NCBI RefSeq assembly: GCF_006345805.1 | Contig: NC_042997.1 | Location: 193,564,001-193,628,000 of the forward strand | Reading direction: 5' to 3' | From: Octopus sinensis | Taxonomy: Eukaryota | Length of the DNA stretch: 64,000 nt | Shown here: positions 13,500 through 26,455 of the stretch, piece after piece | Position numbering within the stretch: position 1 is the first letter of the stretch | Layout of the letters: each line of letters begins with the position of its first letter | Notes under the pieces: generated by a model | Database searches by the model: none | What the model was told of the DNA's origin: nothing | What the model saw: only the letters and a program-made list of their open reading frames with translations | Translations under genes and position numbers: made by a program

Positions 13500-14086
13500 G
13501 TATATATATGTATATATGTATATATATGTATTTATATGAATATATATACGTATATATATATGTATATGTGTATATGTATGTATATATATATGTATATGTA
13601 TATTATGTAATGTATATATATATATATATATTTATATATTGTATATTATGTATATATATGTATGTATGTATATATGTATAATATATATATATGTATTGTA
13701 GTATATATGTATATATATCTACATGTATGTATGTATATATGTATATATATCTACATATATGTATGTATGTATATATGTATGATATATATATCTGTATGTA
13801 TGTATGTATATATGTATAATATATCTATATATGTATGTATGTATATATAGTTATATATATATATATATATGTATGTATTATGTAATTATATATGTATATA
13901 TCTACATATATGTATGTATGTATATATGTATATACATCTATATATATGTATGTATATATATATGTATATATATCTATATATATGTATATATGTATATATA
14001 TCTATATATATGTATATATGTATATATATCTATATATAATTATGTATGTATATATGTATATATATTTATATATATGTATGTATGTA

Positions 14087-14121
<35 letters not shown>

Positions 14122-14694
14122 CATATATATACACATTTCTGCCCTTCGGTTTACTCAAACCCCGTTCGTACGGTTTTATTTTTGAAGGCTGTCGGTTTGG
14201 CCGAATTATCTTACTTAGAACATCTATGTAAAAAAAAAACTACTTCGTTTCTGTCTTCTCTTTGCCATTTGACTTTCATTTCACTTCTACAATTGTGATG
14301 TTGTGATGAAGCACTTATGTCTTTCGATTGTTATTACGTCATCAATAGCTGCAGGTCCTATAGACAATTTCAGTGCCAGTCAAACTGACGGGTTTCTAAT
14401 TTGTTCTGTGAATGGATAGAAATCCGAAGACAAAGAATTTTTTATGTCTTACAGTTCATTCCCAACTACCATCCTGCTTTCCAATGATATTGACATTTCC
14501 GCAGGGCTTCAGGGCTTCAGGATTTCACAATGACTCTGGCAGAGTGATTTACGGGTGCTATGCATTGCCAAATGGCAACCCGGGACTGCTCATTGAGTAT
14601 TCGTAGCTAACCTATCTATCTAGAGGCCATTCTCCTATCCGCAAAATAGGGATCCGGTGGATGGGGGTTTTCATCACTACACCATAAGCAGCAC

Positions 14695-14985
14695 TTACCC
14701 CTGTACGCAACTGGTACTTAATTTATCGACTCCGAAAGGATGAAAGGCAAAGTCGACCTCGGCGGACTTTGAACTCAGAACGCAAAGACAGACGAAATAC
14801 CTATTTCTTTACTACCCACAAGGGGCTAAACACAGAAGGGACAAACAAGGACAGACAAACGGATTAAGTCGATTACATCGATACAGTGCGTAACTGGTAC
14901 TTATTTAATCGACCCTGGAAGGATGAAAGGCAAAGTTGACCTCGGCGGAATTTGAATTCAGAACGTGGCGGCAGACGACATACCT
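14695..14985 (-). mobile_element. SINE family A multimer fragment
   Basis: Two central domains joined at AATACCTATTTCTTTACTAC. Confidence 0.85.
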
Positions 14986-15437
14986 GGATCTGTGTTTTAA
15001 ATCTTGTTAAATATTTTCGAGATTCGATAAGAGCTTCTAATGAACAATTCCAAAACAGGCAGAAAAGTCGATTTTCTCTAGGTATTAACCTCTTACACGG
15101 CAAAGGCGAGTTAACTTGCCTTGTCCCTATTTGTCTTTTTCAGAGTGCGACGATTAAACTCGTCCAAAACAGCCACAGACGAGTTTATACATCAATTTTC
15201 AGCATTTCTCGGTTTTTGTTCTTTTTTTTTAATACAAATTACGCCCTGATGTCGAGCTCAGGAAAATAAATATATATATATAAAAGAATTTTGAGAAGAC
15301 ATGCTAAAAAAAAAGAGTAAAATAAATGTGTAATTCCCCTTTACTTTTGATGATAAAGTTTGAAAAAAAGCAATAAATAAAAAGATACTTAAAAAAAAAT
15401 ATGGGAAGACGAGTAATCTCGTTTTTGCCGAAGAGGA

Positions 15438-15603
15438 AATAACGTGTGACATCATTTTCTTTATCACCAGTCGTGTTCCATCGCAAAGTCTTGGTGGTTC
15501 CAGATTGCGGAGTAGCATTACAGGAGTTCCAACTTTAAGTGCTAATATGTGTGGAGGTAGTCAAGGAGGCTCCAGTGAATTCAAAATAAAATTTCTAGTA
15601 AAA
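15438..15603 (-). pseudogene. Helitron PIF1-type helicase fragment
   Basis: Minus strand [48 protein letters not shown], the typical Helitron helicase motif; in-frame stop. Confidence 0.9.
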
Positions 15604-15960
15604 TATTGGAAATAGATACAAACAAAAGTTATTTCTATAATACTATTTAAAATAATGCAATAGAAAAATTCGTCTGAAAAAAAAACGTTTTCTCCAAAAA
15701 AATTCGTTGGGGAAGGAGTTAAATCAACTTCAAAATAGAAAGGGTTCGACAGAAAGGACGAGTTTCATATAAAAGCATCAACTGCTAGAAAAATAAGAAA
15801 TGAGAAATATGTGAGTGCCAGTATAATAACAGAATTTTCAGTAAGTTCAAAACACACGTCATACATACGAAGTAACATTGTAGAAACAATAGGAAAAGCT
15901 CTATTATTTTGAACAGAAGGTAAAATTCCAAAAGTGTTGCGATACGACACGGCTTTTTAA

Positions 15961-16191
15961 GGCGGCGAGCTGGCAGAACCGTTAACAGGCTGGGCGAAAT
16001 GCGTAGTCGTATTTCGTCTGCCGTTACGTTCTGAGTTGAAATTCCGCCGAGGTCGACTTTGGCTTTCATCCTTTCGGGGTCTATAAATTAAGTACCAGTT
16101 ACGCACTGGGGTCGATGTAATCGACTTAATCCGTTTGTCTGTCCTTGTTTGTCCTCTCTATATTTAGCCCCTCGTGGGCAATAAAGAAACA
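15961..16191 (+). mobile_element. SINE family A monomer with imperfect TSD
   Basis: GATACGACA(C/A)GGC(T/C)TTTT at 15941 and 16192. Confidence 0.9.
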
Positions 16192-16464
16192 GATACGACA
16201 AGGCCTTTTTTTTTATTAGACAGCATTAAATCAACTAACTTAGTACAACTCATTTTTCGGGAAGTTGAGAATGGTTTGAAAAATTAAAATGTTGAAGTTT
16301 TCTACGTTGCATCAAATTACAAGTTGTTCGAGTTGTCCAAGCCTTAAATTGCTGAAATATTTGTGTCATAATTTGCTGAAATATTTGAAGAATGTATCTA
16401 TTCATTAAAACAAATAATTATTGATGATGAAAACTTTCCTGAACGATAATGGCATAACATTTTC

Positions 16465-17045
16465 TACTCAAGGCGCAAGGCCCGAAATTTTGGGGGAGGA
16501 GGCCAGTCGATTAGATCTACTCCAGTACGCAACTGGTACTTAATTTATCGACACTGAAAGGATGAAAGGCACAGTCGACCTCGGCGGAATTTGAACTCAG
16601 AACGATAAGACTGGCGAAATACTTATTTCTCTATTTCTTTACTATCCACAAGGAGCTAAACATAGAGTGGACAAACAAGGACAGACAAAGGGATTAAGTC
16701 GATTACATCGACCCCAGTGCGTAACTGGTACTTAATTTATCGACCCCGAAAGGATGAAAGGCAAAGTCGACCTCGGCGGAATTTGAACTCAGAACGTAAA
16801 GACAGACGAAATACCTGTTTCTTTACTACCCACATGGGGCTAAACACAGTGAGGACAAACAAGAACAGACAAACGGATTAAGTCGATTACATCGACCCCA
16901 GTGCGTAACGTACTTAATTTGTCGGCCCCGAAAGGATGAAAGGCAAAGTCGACCTCGGCGAAATTTGAACTCAGAACGTAACGGCAGACGAAATACTGCT
17001 AAGCATTTCGCCCGGCGCCCTAACGTTTCTGTCAGCTCGCCGCTT
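16465..17045 (-). mobile_element. SINE family A multimer (~3 central units)
   Basis: Repeated GAAAGGATGAAAGGCAAAGTCGACCTCGGCGG units; single head at right end. Confidence 0.9.
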
Positions 17046-17444
17046 TAAAGTATCTATTTATTAAAGCAAATAATTATAGCTGAGGAAAACTTTCCTGAAT
17101 GATAATGGCACAGTCCTGAAAGAAAATGGCCAACCTTTTATATCAAAGCAGATCTGCCACCATAAGCGCATTCAAATCACCTAAAGATTGGATCACATTA
17201 TTATTATGCCATAATGCACAAGGAAACTGCTTCATGATATCATTATTAATTAATAATAGGGCTCAAACCACATGCAATGTGTGGATCCACTAAAAATACA
17301 TTCCAAGTTCATTGGATTGCAAATAAAATGTCATGGATGACTGCTTAATACTTGAAAACTGGTTTTGTCAAAACTTTGACTTCAGTTTTGTGACTAATTC
17401 ATCACGCTTTATTATATCCTTGTCATTTTGAACACCCCTAATGT

Positions 17445-17600
17445 AACATACACGTTAAAAATGTTATTTTTATACACGTTTTGAGCATTTTCCAATAGTG
17501 TGACTTTCCAAATCTCTCAGATCGTAAGAATCGTCTAGAGATCGACCAAATGATTGAACCAAGGAAACTGTTTCCATTAACTTTCCAAATTGCTCTCACG
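17445..17600 (-). mobile_element. Probable mariner-type terminal fragment
   Basis: Minus strand CGTGAGAGCAATTTGGAAAGT resembles mariner TIRs; no transposase recognised. Confidence 0.4.
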
Positions 17601-18487
17601 CACACACACACACGCGTAAACGTGCACATATTCACACGTACATACATACATACATACATACATTCATACATACATACATACATACATACATACATACATA
17701 CATACATACATACATACATACATACACAGACTCTGGGCAATATAAACAATGGAATATTGGATACATTATATTTTCGATAAAGACAGAATTGTCACGGTTG
17801 GAAAGTTGTTGATTATAAGACCACTCAAATAATACTGACCTGAGGCTAAGCAACAACAGAAGCATTACACATAGTTTTTTTTATCCATTTCACAACAGAC
17901 AAATTTTACTCGTATAGACATAACATCTCTCATTCAAATATAAAACCGCTTGCTGATGAAGTTTGTAGCATCCACATGGGAAAAAAAATGAAAATATAAC
18001 TTTTGAAACTAATACAATTATTTGAATTGCATACCATGAATTTACATATTTAAAGTTCCATTATTTTTCTCAGCGCAGATGCGCCAACTGAAAGCTTTTA
18101 TGTTCGATCAATCTGGTTTTCCACCACTGATTCGGATAATAGAAGTAATTCAGATTCCAGTGTTCTTTGAGCAGATCTCAGTTTCTTTATGCTCTTTTGA
18201 AGATGCTTTTTTTATGCTCGTTTAACTCTCCACAGAAAACTCTTTTGAGGAATCGGTAATCATTTAGTCGTGACTCGTGACCGGATTAACCTAATCTACT
18301 TTATATGAGACGTGTCTTGAATCTCAGGCTACAGAATCTCTCACGTACTTCCGTATCGAGGACAGAAATTTCAAACAGATCTGAATATATATCGCAGGCT
18401 ATTCTGGTGAAAACATTCAAGCAGGTTCACCTGTCTTTGATGCGTGGTCTAGGTTTTACATGCATAAAGAAGCGGTGTTATGACACA

Positions 18488-18512
18488 AGCCTCATAAGCA
18501 CTCAATCTAGTG

Positions 18513-18567
<55 letters not shown>

Positions 18568-18611
18568 ATATATATATATATATAAGCACTAGATTGAGTG
18601 CTTATGAGGCT
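18488..18611. repeat. Palindrome: perfect 31-bp arms around a (TA)n centre
   Basis: AGCCTCATAAGCACTCAATCTAGTGCTTATA ... TATAAGCACTAGATTGAGTGCTTATGAGGCT. Confidence 0.95.
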
Positions 18612-18813
18612 ATATATATATATATAGCATTATTAAATCTCAGAATGAGATGTAAACAGTAATCGCTCGATTGCGAGAAAGGGATGGCCTCCCTTTGCAA
18701 ATACTTCAAGGGCACTGAAATGGTGTCTAAAGCCAGCTGGAGACGACGATCTCCTGGGGCTATAAAGCTACAGTAACACCCCCTCCCCTTTGTGTTAGCC
18801 ATATTAAGATGGC

Positions 18814-18871
<58 letters not shown>

Positions 18872-20039
18872 CAAAACTTACTTGGAGGAGATGAAACGAA
18901 ACGAAAACGAATCGAATCGACGCGAGGGCGCTCAGTCATATAATAGTGTAATAAATAAAATATATTCATACATACATACATATATGTACGTACCTACATC
19001 TACATGTATATATACATGCATATATAAATATATATACGTGAGTACAGGACACCACAAATAGACGTAGAACTCAACGAGAAACGAAAACGTAAAAACAAAC
19101 GTGGAAACGGACCTAAACGAAAAAAAACAGAGTACAAGACAAACTACACAAGGAAAAATCCCCTTCATCAGCTGTCCCTAGTTCAACTCCAGCGTGTTTC
19201 GAAGGTGAGATGGGTGCACTTGCTAGGCAAGTGATTTGATCTGAGACCGAGTGTTGTAACTAAAACATATCGCTTGGCTGCTTGTGTTGTTGTTGGCTGA
19301 TCTATACCCAGTGATTCGGTTTCGAATCACCGCTACGCACATAAAAGATTAACTTCTCTTAAACATTTATTAATTGGTGTCAGAATTTTCTTAGCACTTA
19401 ATAATAAATGTTTAAGTAAAACTGATAGTCTTTGTGTGTTTTCAATGGTTATTATGCCTTCCATGAGGCAGTCGTTATATATATATGGAAAAAAAGTCAA
19501 GATAGAAAATGCTAAAAAGAATTTCAGTGCCGGTTTCATTCATTGAGACTTTTTCAACTGTAAGAATGGAAAACAATTTAATTTTGGAAAAATTAAAAGA
19601 AAAGTTTTTTAAAGGAATATTTGCATAGTGTTTAAATACAAGTCGCATTTTCCTTGTTTCTGCCTGTTTCTCTCACTCTTGTTTACTCTTGAGCTTTCAG
19701 ACAACCGAAGGCTATGCTATCTGTCTTCACTCTTCGCCAAATTCTCTAATCGAAAGGAGTAAAACTTTTATCGTAGATATAATGAAATATTTCTTCAACC
19801 ATGAATTTTGCAAAAGCTCAAGGAAATAGAATGGAAGTAAATTTGAGTACAATGATATATAAAACATTCAATGATAGTTTAAACAGAATGACACGTGAAA
19901 AATACAATAAGAGACATAATTTGGAAAAAAGAAAAACATTCTGAATATCTTCTTCAGGGCACGAATCCATGTTTCTAGCAGAAATGCCTCCTAACGTTCA
20001 TTATTCCATTTTTATTTTTTGTAGACGTATTCTTATTCC

Positions 20040-20445
20040 TTTTTTGCCCACAAGGGGTTAAACATAGAGGGGACGACAAAGATAGACAAAGGGATTAAAT
20101 CGATTACATCGACCTCAGTGCGTCACTGGTACTTAATTTATCGACCCAGAAAGGATGAAAGGCAAAGTTGACCTCGGCGGAATTTGAACTAAGAACATAA
20201 AGACAGAAGAAATACCTATTTCTATTTCTTTACTACCCACAAGGGGCTACACACAGAGAGGACAAACAAGGACAGACAAACGGATTAAGTTGATTATATC
20301 GACACCAGTGCGTAACTGGTACTTATTTAGTTGACCCCGAAAGGATGAAACGCAAAGTCAACCTCGCCAGAATTTGAACTCACAACGTAGCGGCAGAAGA
20401 AATACCGCTAAGCATTTCGCCCGGCGTGCTAACGTTTCTGCCAGC
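20040..20445 (-). mobile_element. SINE family A dimer
   Basis: Two units, one head. Confidence 0.88.
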
Positions 20446-20894
20446 TTGCTGCTTTGGTGCCGACATATTGTGGTGGTGAAACTTTTTTTAAAGGTTTTGT
20501 TATTTGCAGGAGATTTGGCTGCTACTTTTAGCTTATCATGCAACTACATTGGGGATCTACTACTGACTTGCCATCCTAGTCAAGGAGAACTTAGTAACGT
20601 AAATATATTTTCCTTACCAAACAATAGTTGCCACCAGGTCTCTCTACTTGGTTCTGCTTCATAATCGTTGAGTCCTATAAAGTCCCATGTTGGACTTTAT
20701 AGGACTCAGTTCACTCCCCTCGTTTAGGATGATTTGAATCGTTTGAACTGATTCCTGTATTAGAAATTGAAATGGGTGGTCGATATTAAAGATAAATGAT
20801 ATCCACTCTGTGGCTTTCTGATATTAATATCGCGAGGATTAATAAAAACCAATGGCTGAAACACAAAATAAAATATATTATAAACGCGCGCTCG

Positions 20895-20943
<49 letters not shown>

Positions 20944-21368
20944 GCACACACGCACACATTTCACTGAAGAGGTATTGTTGAATAATCTATCCATCCATTT
21001 ATATATAGTTTATTGAAACTTAATGTGTATCTCACAGTCCCGAGTTTCAAGCCATTTCGATCTTCAAGCGATTATATGTATGTATATATATATATATATA
21101 TATATTTAGCAATTAAGGACAACTACTTAATAAGGAAAACTTAACAAGAAATTGTCATGTAGATAGCGTAAAAACCTCATAAGAGAAAAAATTTCGAAAA
21201 TAATTATTTCTTATTGAACATATTAATTTATATATAGAGGGCATTATACCTACATGCCAGAAGCATTATACATACATGCCAAACGCTAAGAGGGACAATC
21301 AGTCATTTCTACCAAAATATTACTAATCCCACCGAATGCAATTTTTCAAAATAAGACATTTAAAATAT

Positions 21369-21416
21369 AGACCTGTATCACAGTGATTTCATACTTACGT
21401 AATCATCAGCAGGCCT
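21369..21416 (-). ncRNA. Type I hammerhead ribozyme (copy 1)
   Basis: Reverse complement of 22004-22051. Confidence 0.8.
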
Positions 21417-22003
21417 GAATGTATTATAAATAAACAACGACCCTGCCCCGCTTAAGCCGATCAGCTAACTGATCAACATCAACGAAGCACATGGGTGAGT
21501 TTACATATATTACATCCGGGTAAATGGCAAACTTTTACGAATTGCATTTCGGGAGAGGAAAAGTTTTTTCGGAATAAAAATTTAGCAATTAAGGACAACT
21601 ACTTAATAAGGAAAACTTAACAAGAAATTGTCAGGTAGATAGCGTAAAAACCTCATAAGAGAAAAAAAAATGTATAATGCCTTCTGGCATGTAGGTATAA
21701 TGCCCTCTATATATAAATTAATATGTTCAATAAGAAATAATTATTTTCGAAATTTTTTCTCTTATGAGGTTTTTACGCTATCTACCTGACAATTTCTTGT
21801 TAAGTTTTCCTTATTAAGTAGTTGTCCTTAATTGCTAAATTTTTATTCCGAAAAAACTTTTCCTCTCCCGAAATGCAATTCGTAAAAGTTTGCCATTTAC
21901 CCGGATGTAATATATGTAAACTCACCCATGTGCTTCGTTGATGTTGATCAGTTAGCTGATCGGCTTAAGCGGGGCAGGGTCGTTGTTTATTTATAATACA
22001 TTC

Positions 22004-22051
22004 AGGCCTGCTGATGATTACGTAAGTATGAAATCACTGTGATACAGGTCT
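22004..22051 (+). ncRNA. Type I hammerhead ribozyme (copy 2)
   Basis: AGGCCUG-CUGAUGA-UUAC[GUAA]GUAU-GAAA-UCAC-U-GUGA-UA/CAGGUCU: 7-bp stem I, canonical core, GNRA-capped stem II, stem III AUCA/UGAU; predicted cleavage after A22044. Confidence 0.8.
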
Positions 22052-22192
22052 ATATTTTTAAATGTCTTATTTTGAAAAATTGCATTCGGTGGGATTAGTA
22101 ATATTTTTGGTAGAAATGACTGATTGTCCCTCTTAGCGTTTGGCATGTATGTATAATGCCTTCTGGCATGTAGGTATAATGCCCTTCTATAA

Positions 22193-22273
<81 letters not shown>

Positions 22274-22276
<3 letters not shown>

Positions 22277-22947
22277 TGTTGTATTTAGGATGGTCATTTT
22301 GCCAGTTTAGCCAATAAAAACACGCACTATATATTTGGTGTTACTTTGCCTCAGCGTTCTTTATTTTTTACATTAATCATAATCTTATTTCGGCCAGAGT
22401 TCTTTCGTCACACTCCTCTTGAGACAAATAAGAAGAGCAAAGGACCACTGATGAGGTCAGAAAGTGTGACGAAAGAATCTGGCTAAGATTATGATTAATG
22501 TAAAAAATAAGAACGCTGAAGCAAAGTACACCAAATATATAGTGCGTGTGTTTTATCTAACTGGCAAATGACCATTCCTAATACAACAACATATATATAT
22601 ATATATATGTTGTTGTATTTAGGAATGGTCATTTTGCCAGTTTAGCCAATAAAAACACACGCACTATATATTTGGTGTTACTTGCTTCAGCGTTCTTTAT
22701 TTTTTACATTAATCATAATCTTATTTCGGCCAGAATTCTTTCGTCACACTCTTCTGACCTCATCAGTGGTCCTTTGCTTTCTTCTTATTTGTGTGTCTCA
22801 AAGAGGAGTGTGACGAAAGAACTCTGGCCGAAATAAGATTATGATTAATGTAAAAAATAAAGAACGCTGAGGCAAAGTAACACCAAATATATAGTGCGTG
22901 GTGTTTTTATTGGCTAACTGGCAAATGACCATTCCTAAATACAACAA
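22274..22947. repeat. Double fold-back: hairpin element (22274-22590) and its inverted copy (22608-22947) around (TA)9
   Basis: Each half has ~130-bp inverted arms; the halves are mutual reverse complements with small indels. Confidence 0.9.
22728..22772 (-). ncRNA. Minimal type I hammerhead-like motif (Penelope-type); 1-nt-deleted twin at 22442-22483 (+)
   Basis: GGACCA-CUGAUGA-G-GUCA[GAAGAGUG]UGAC-GAAA-GAA-UUC/UGGCC; very short stem III with GAAUUC palindrome. Confidence 0.6.
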
Positions 22948-23003
22948 TATCTGTTTCAACACACGATTTCACATCAAAAATCTTGCAAAACAATATATAA
23001 ACG

Positions 23004-23071
<68 letters not shown>

Positions 23072-23210
23072 TGTGTGTGTGTGTACTGTTGTCTGGGGAG
23101 AGTCTTTTCTTTTTGTGCCATATAGTTTAACACTCACCGGTAAAATTTCCACTTATTTCTTATTTTTATTTTCCTAAAATTTTCGTTGCGTCTTGCAACC
23201 TTTTCAATAG

Positions 23211-23348
23211 TCAAATCCACTCACATGGCTTTGGTCGGTCCGAGGCTTATTGTAAAAGGCACTTGCCCATGGTGCCACGCAGTGAGACTGAACCCGAAAC
23301 CATGTGGTTGGGAAGCAAGCTTCTTACCACATAGCCACGCTTGTGCCT
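23211..23348 (-). mobile_element. SINE family D, 5' part
   Basis: Homologous to 26780-27192. Confidence 0.8.
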
Positions 23349-23349
23349 A

Positions 23350-23386
<37 letters not shown>

Positions 23387-23404
23387 TGAGTGCGTGCATT
23401 ATGT

Positions 23405-23610
23405 TGTCCTCAGGGAGATTCAGCGTGACACAAAGTGTGACAAGGCCGGCCTTTTGAAATACAGATACTACTTATTTTTGCCATCTGAGTGACTGGAGCA
23501 ACATTAAATAAAGTGTCTTGCTCAAGGACACAAGGCGTCGCCGGGAACTGAACTCACGACCTTACGATTATGTGCCGAATGCCATAACCACTAAGCCACG
23601 TGCCTTCACT
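23405..23610 (-). mobile_element. SINE family C, partial
   Basis: Homologous to 5815-6132. Confidence 0.8.
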
Positions 23611-23710
23611 TGTACTTATCATAGTACAGTGGGCTATGTAGCAACAGATTTGCATGAAAACGTAAAAGTATAGGAGTTCTCCAAAAAAGAGCAAACTAAT
23701 TTTCAGTCTC

Positions 23711-24317
23711 GGATCTTTGGTTTTCGTCACTGTTTACAATTTTGTTCCAATTGTTTTCAAATTTGGTATATGGATTAAGTTTCGTATACTAATTATGAAA
23801 ATGGGATTCATTTTTTCTATAAATCCATTATTAAAAAGTTATTAGCCTTCAAAATTCGCAAAATTTGGGTATTTTAGCCACTCAGAAACGAGTATTTTAC
23901 ATATCACCATGGCGAAAATTTCTATTTCCATAGTAAACAAAGCAAAGAAGCACCACGTGTTGCATAGCTGATTGCGAAGAATAGTTTCCATTGTAACCAA
24001 AGGTGCTGCGCATGCACACAAAGAGAAGGAGATAGGAGAAAGATAATTTATTTTAGAAAATCCTAGTTTAATATTTTGACATATCGATGCCCTTCCTCCC
24101 CACCCTGATGATGGAAGAGGCAGTGAACGTGCTGTTTTCTGATTGGCTGAAAATTCCGAAAATAATCAAACTTTGAATACCTGTAACATTTTTGGAAAAT
24201 TTTCCGTGAATAAATGAATAACAAATTTGAATTCAGCGTCAAAAATTACATCTATATGATGCAATAAAAAATTCTTTTAATGATAATTGTAAGCAGTGAC
24301 GAAAACCACAAAGATCC
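23711..24317. mobile_element. MITE-like element with ~30-bp TIRs
   Basis: GGATCTTTGGTTTTCGTCACTGTTTACAATT ... AATTGTAAGCAGTGACGAAAACCACAAAGATCC; flanks TCAGTCTC/GCAGTCTC (7/8 match). Confidence 0.65.
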
Positions 24318-24850
24318 GCAGTCTCCTGACACTATCGATTCGTGGCGTAGTGGAAATTTGTATGATATTCCAAGGGTTCTCTATTTGAGGTTCCTGAGTT
24401 GTATACAAAACAATCATATGTATTTATATTGAATACTCATTTCCACATATGCTTGTGACGTGCATACACTCCACATAAGAGTAAGTGTTTAGACACGCGC
24501 ATATGCAGATGCTAGCCTGCTCATATATCCACAAATCGCAAGAATTGTCTTGACTTAAACGAAAAAGCCATTCCATTTTGTTAGTGACCGGTTTCAATTC
24601 TATCAAAGGAAAAATTGTATAAATCGCAAACGGAAAAATATTATCTACACACAGATGTATATATATATGCACAGATATCTACATATATAGATACACACAC
24701 ATATACCTGCACACATATATACACACATACATACACACACATATATAAATACATATATGCATACACATATGCATTATATATATATATATATATATATATA
24801 TAGATATATATATAATATATATATAATGCATACACATATGCATTATATAT

Positions 24851-24912
<62 letters not shown>

Positions 24913-25844
24913 ACAAACTCACATTATGTACACACTTATGTATGCACACTCACACACATATACAAGTACATACATACATACGCTCTTACGTATATATATA
25001 CATGCACAAAAAACAATAAATAATAGAATTTATTCATCGCCGCTGGACAAAGTCAATCTCAGCTAAAGCTGGAAAGTGATTGATTATGAACTAACTATAT
25101 AGCCATAGAACACTAGCTTCTATCTTACTCTGTTGAGCATTGCATTGTAAATCGTGTGATCAATGAAATCTTCTTAAAAGAAAAATTCTACGTATATTAA
25201 GCATCTCCGAGCAATGGCGTCTCTTCTTTCGTTATTGTAGAATATTTTCCAGCGATGAAAATTTTATGTTGAAAAAGTTCAAAACAGCAGAACTAAAAAC
25301 TTCCAGGTGGATGGTACAAATCTCATACTTCACAAAAAAATACTACGATTGTTTTATTCTCAAAGATTTTTCAATTTTTCATTTTATCTTCAAACACAAC
25401 TTGTATTCATTTCATTTTATTGCGAGTCTCCACTGCACATTAGAGATATAAGTATTGAAATATACTACATGGTTAGAAATACGAAAATTATTAATAGAGA
25501 ACATTACGACGCATTCCCTCTCTAAGTTCACACACACACATACACATAATGTGTATATATATATGTATATATATAATGTGTATATATACATATATATATG
25601 TAATGTGTATGTGTATATATATACATATATATATATGTAATGTGTATGGGTATATATACATATACATACATACATACACAAACACACACACACATATATA
25701 TATGATGTGTATATATATATATATATATACGTATACTGATGGACGTATACGAGTGTAGTTATATTTGTTGCTTGAGTCTACGTATAGTTCTTGGTAAAAG
25801 CAATATCGCCGCACACGTGTGCACGCGTGTGTCTAGCGTTACTG

Positions 25845-25849
<5 letters not shown>

Positions 25850-25913
<64 letters not shown>

Positions 25914-26415
25914 GCATATATATATATATATATATATGCATGTATATATATATATATATATATATATGCATGTATATATATATATATATATATATATAGC
26001 ATATATATATATATAGCATATATATATATATATGCTTATATATATATATATAAATGCATATATATATGCATATATATATATATAAATGCATATATATGCA
26101 TATATATATATATACATATATATATATACATACATATATGTACATATATATATGCATGTATATATATATATATGTATATATATATATACATATATATATA
26201 TACATATATATATGTACTTATATATATGCATATATATATGCATATATATATATACATATATATATATATTATATATATACATACATATATGTACTTATAT
26301 ATATGCATATATATATATATACATATATATACACACACACACACACACTTACACACATATATATATGCAAATATGTATGTATATATATATATATGTATGT
26401 ATGCATGTATGTATG

Positions 26416-26455
<40 letters not shown>

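Larger units (their letters stand above)
21105..22190. mobile_element. Inverted pair of terminally redundant ~476-bp hammerhead-containing units (retrozyme/Penelope-LTR-like) in (TA)n
   Basis: Left arm 21105-21670 repeats TTTAGCAATTAAGGAC with period 476; right arm 21671-22190 is the reverse complement and repeats TGTATAATGCC at 21671 and 22150; (TA)n on both sides. Confidence 0.8.

Noticed and set aside
19145-19180. CTGATGA-A-GGGGA..TCCTT on minus as a hammerhead
   Set aside because: Stem II is present but no GAAA follows; kept only as a remnant.
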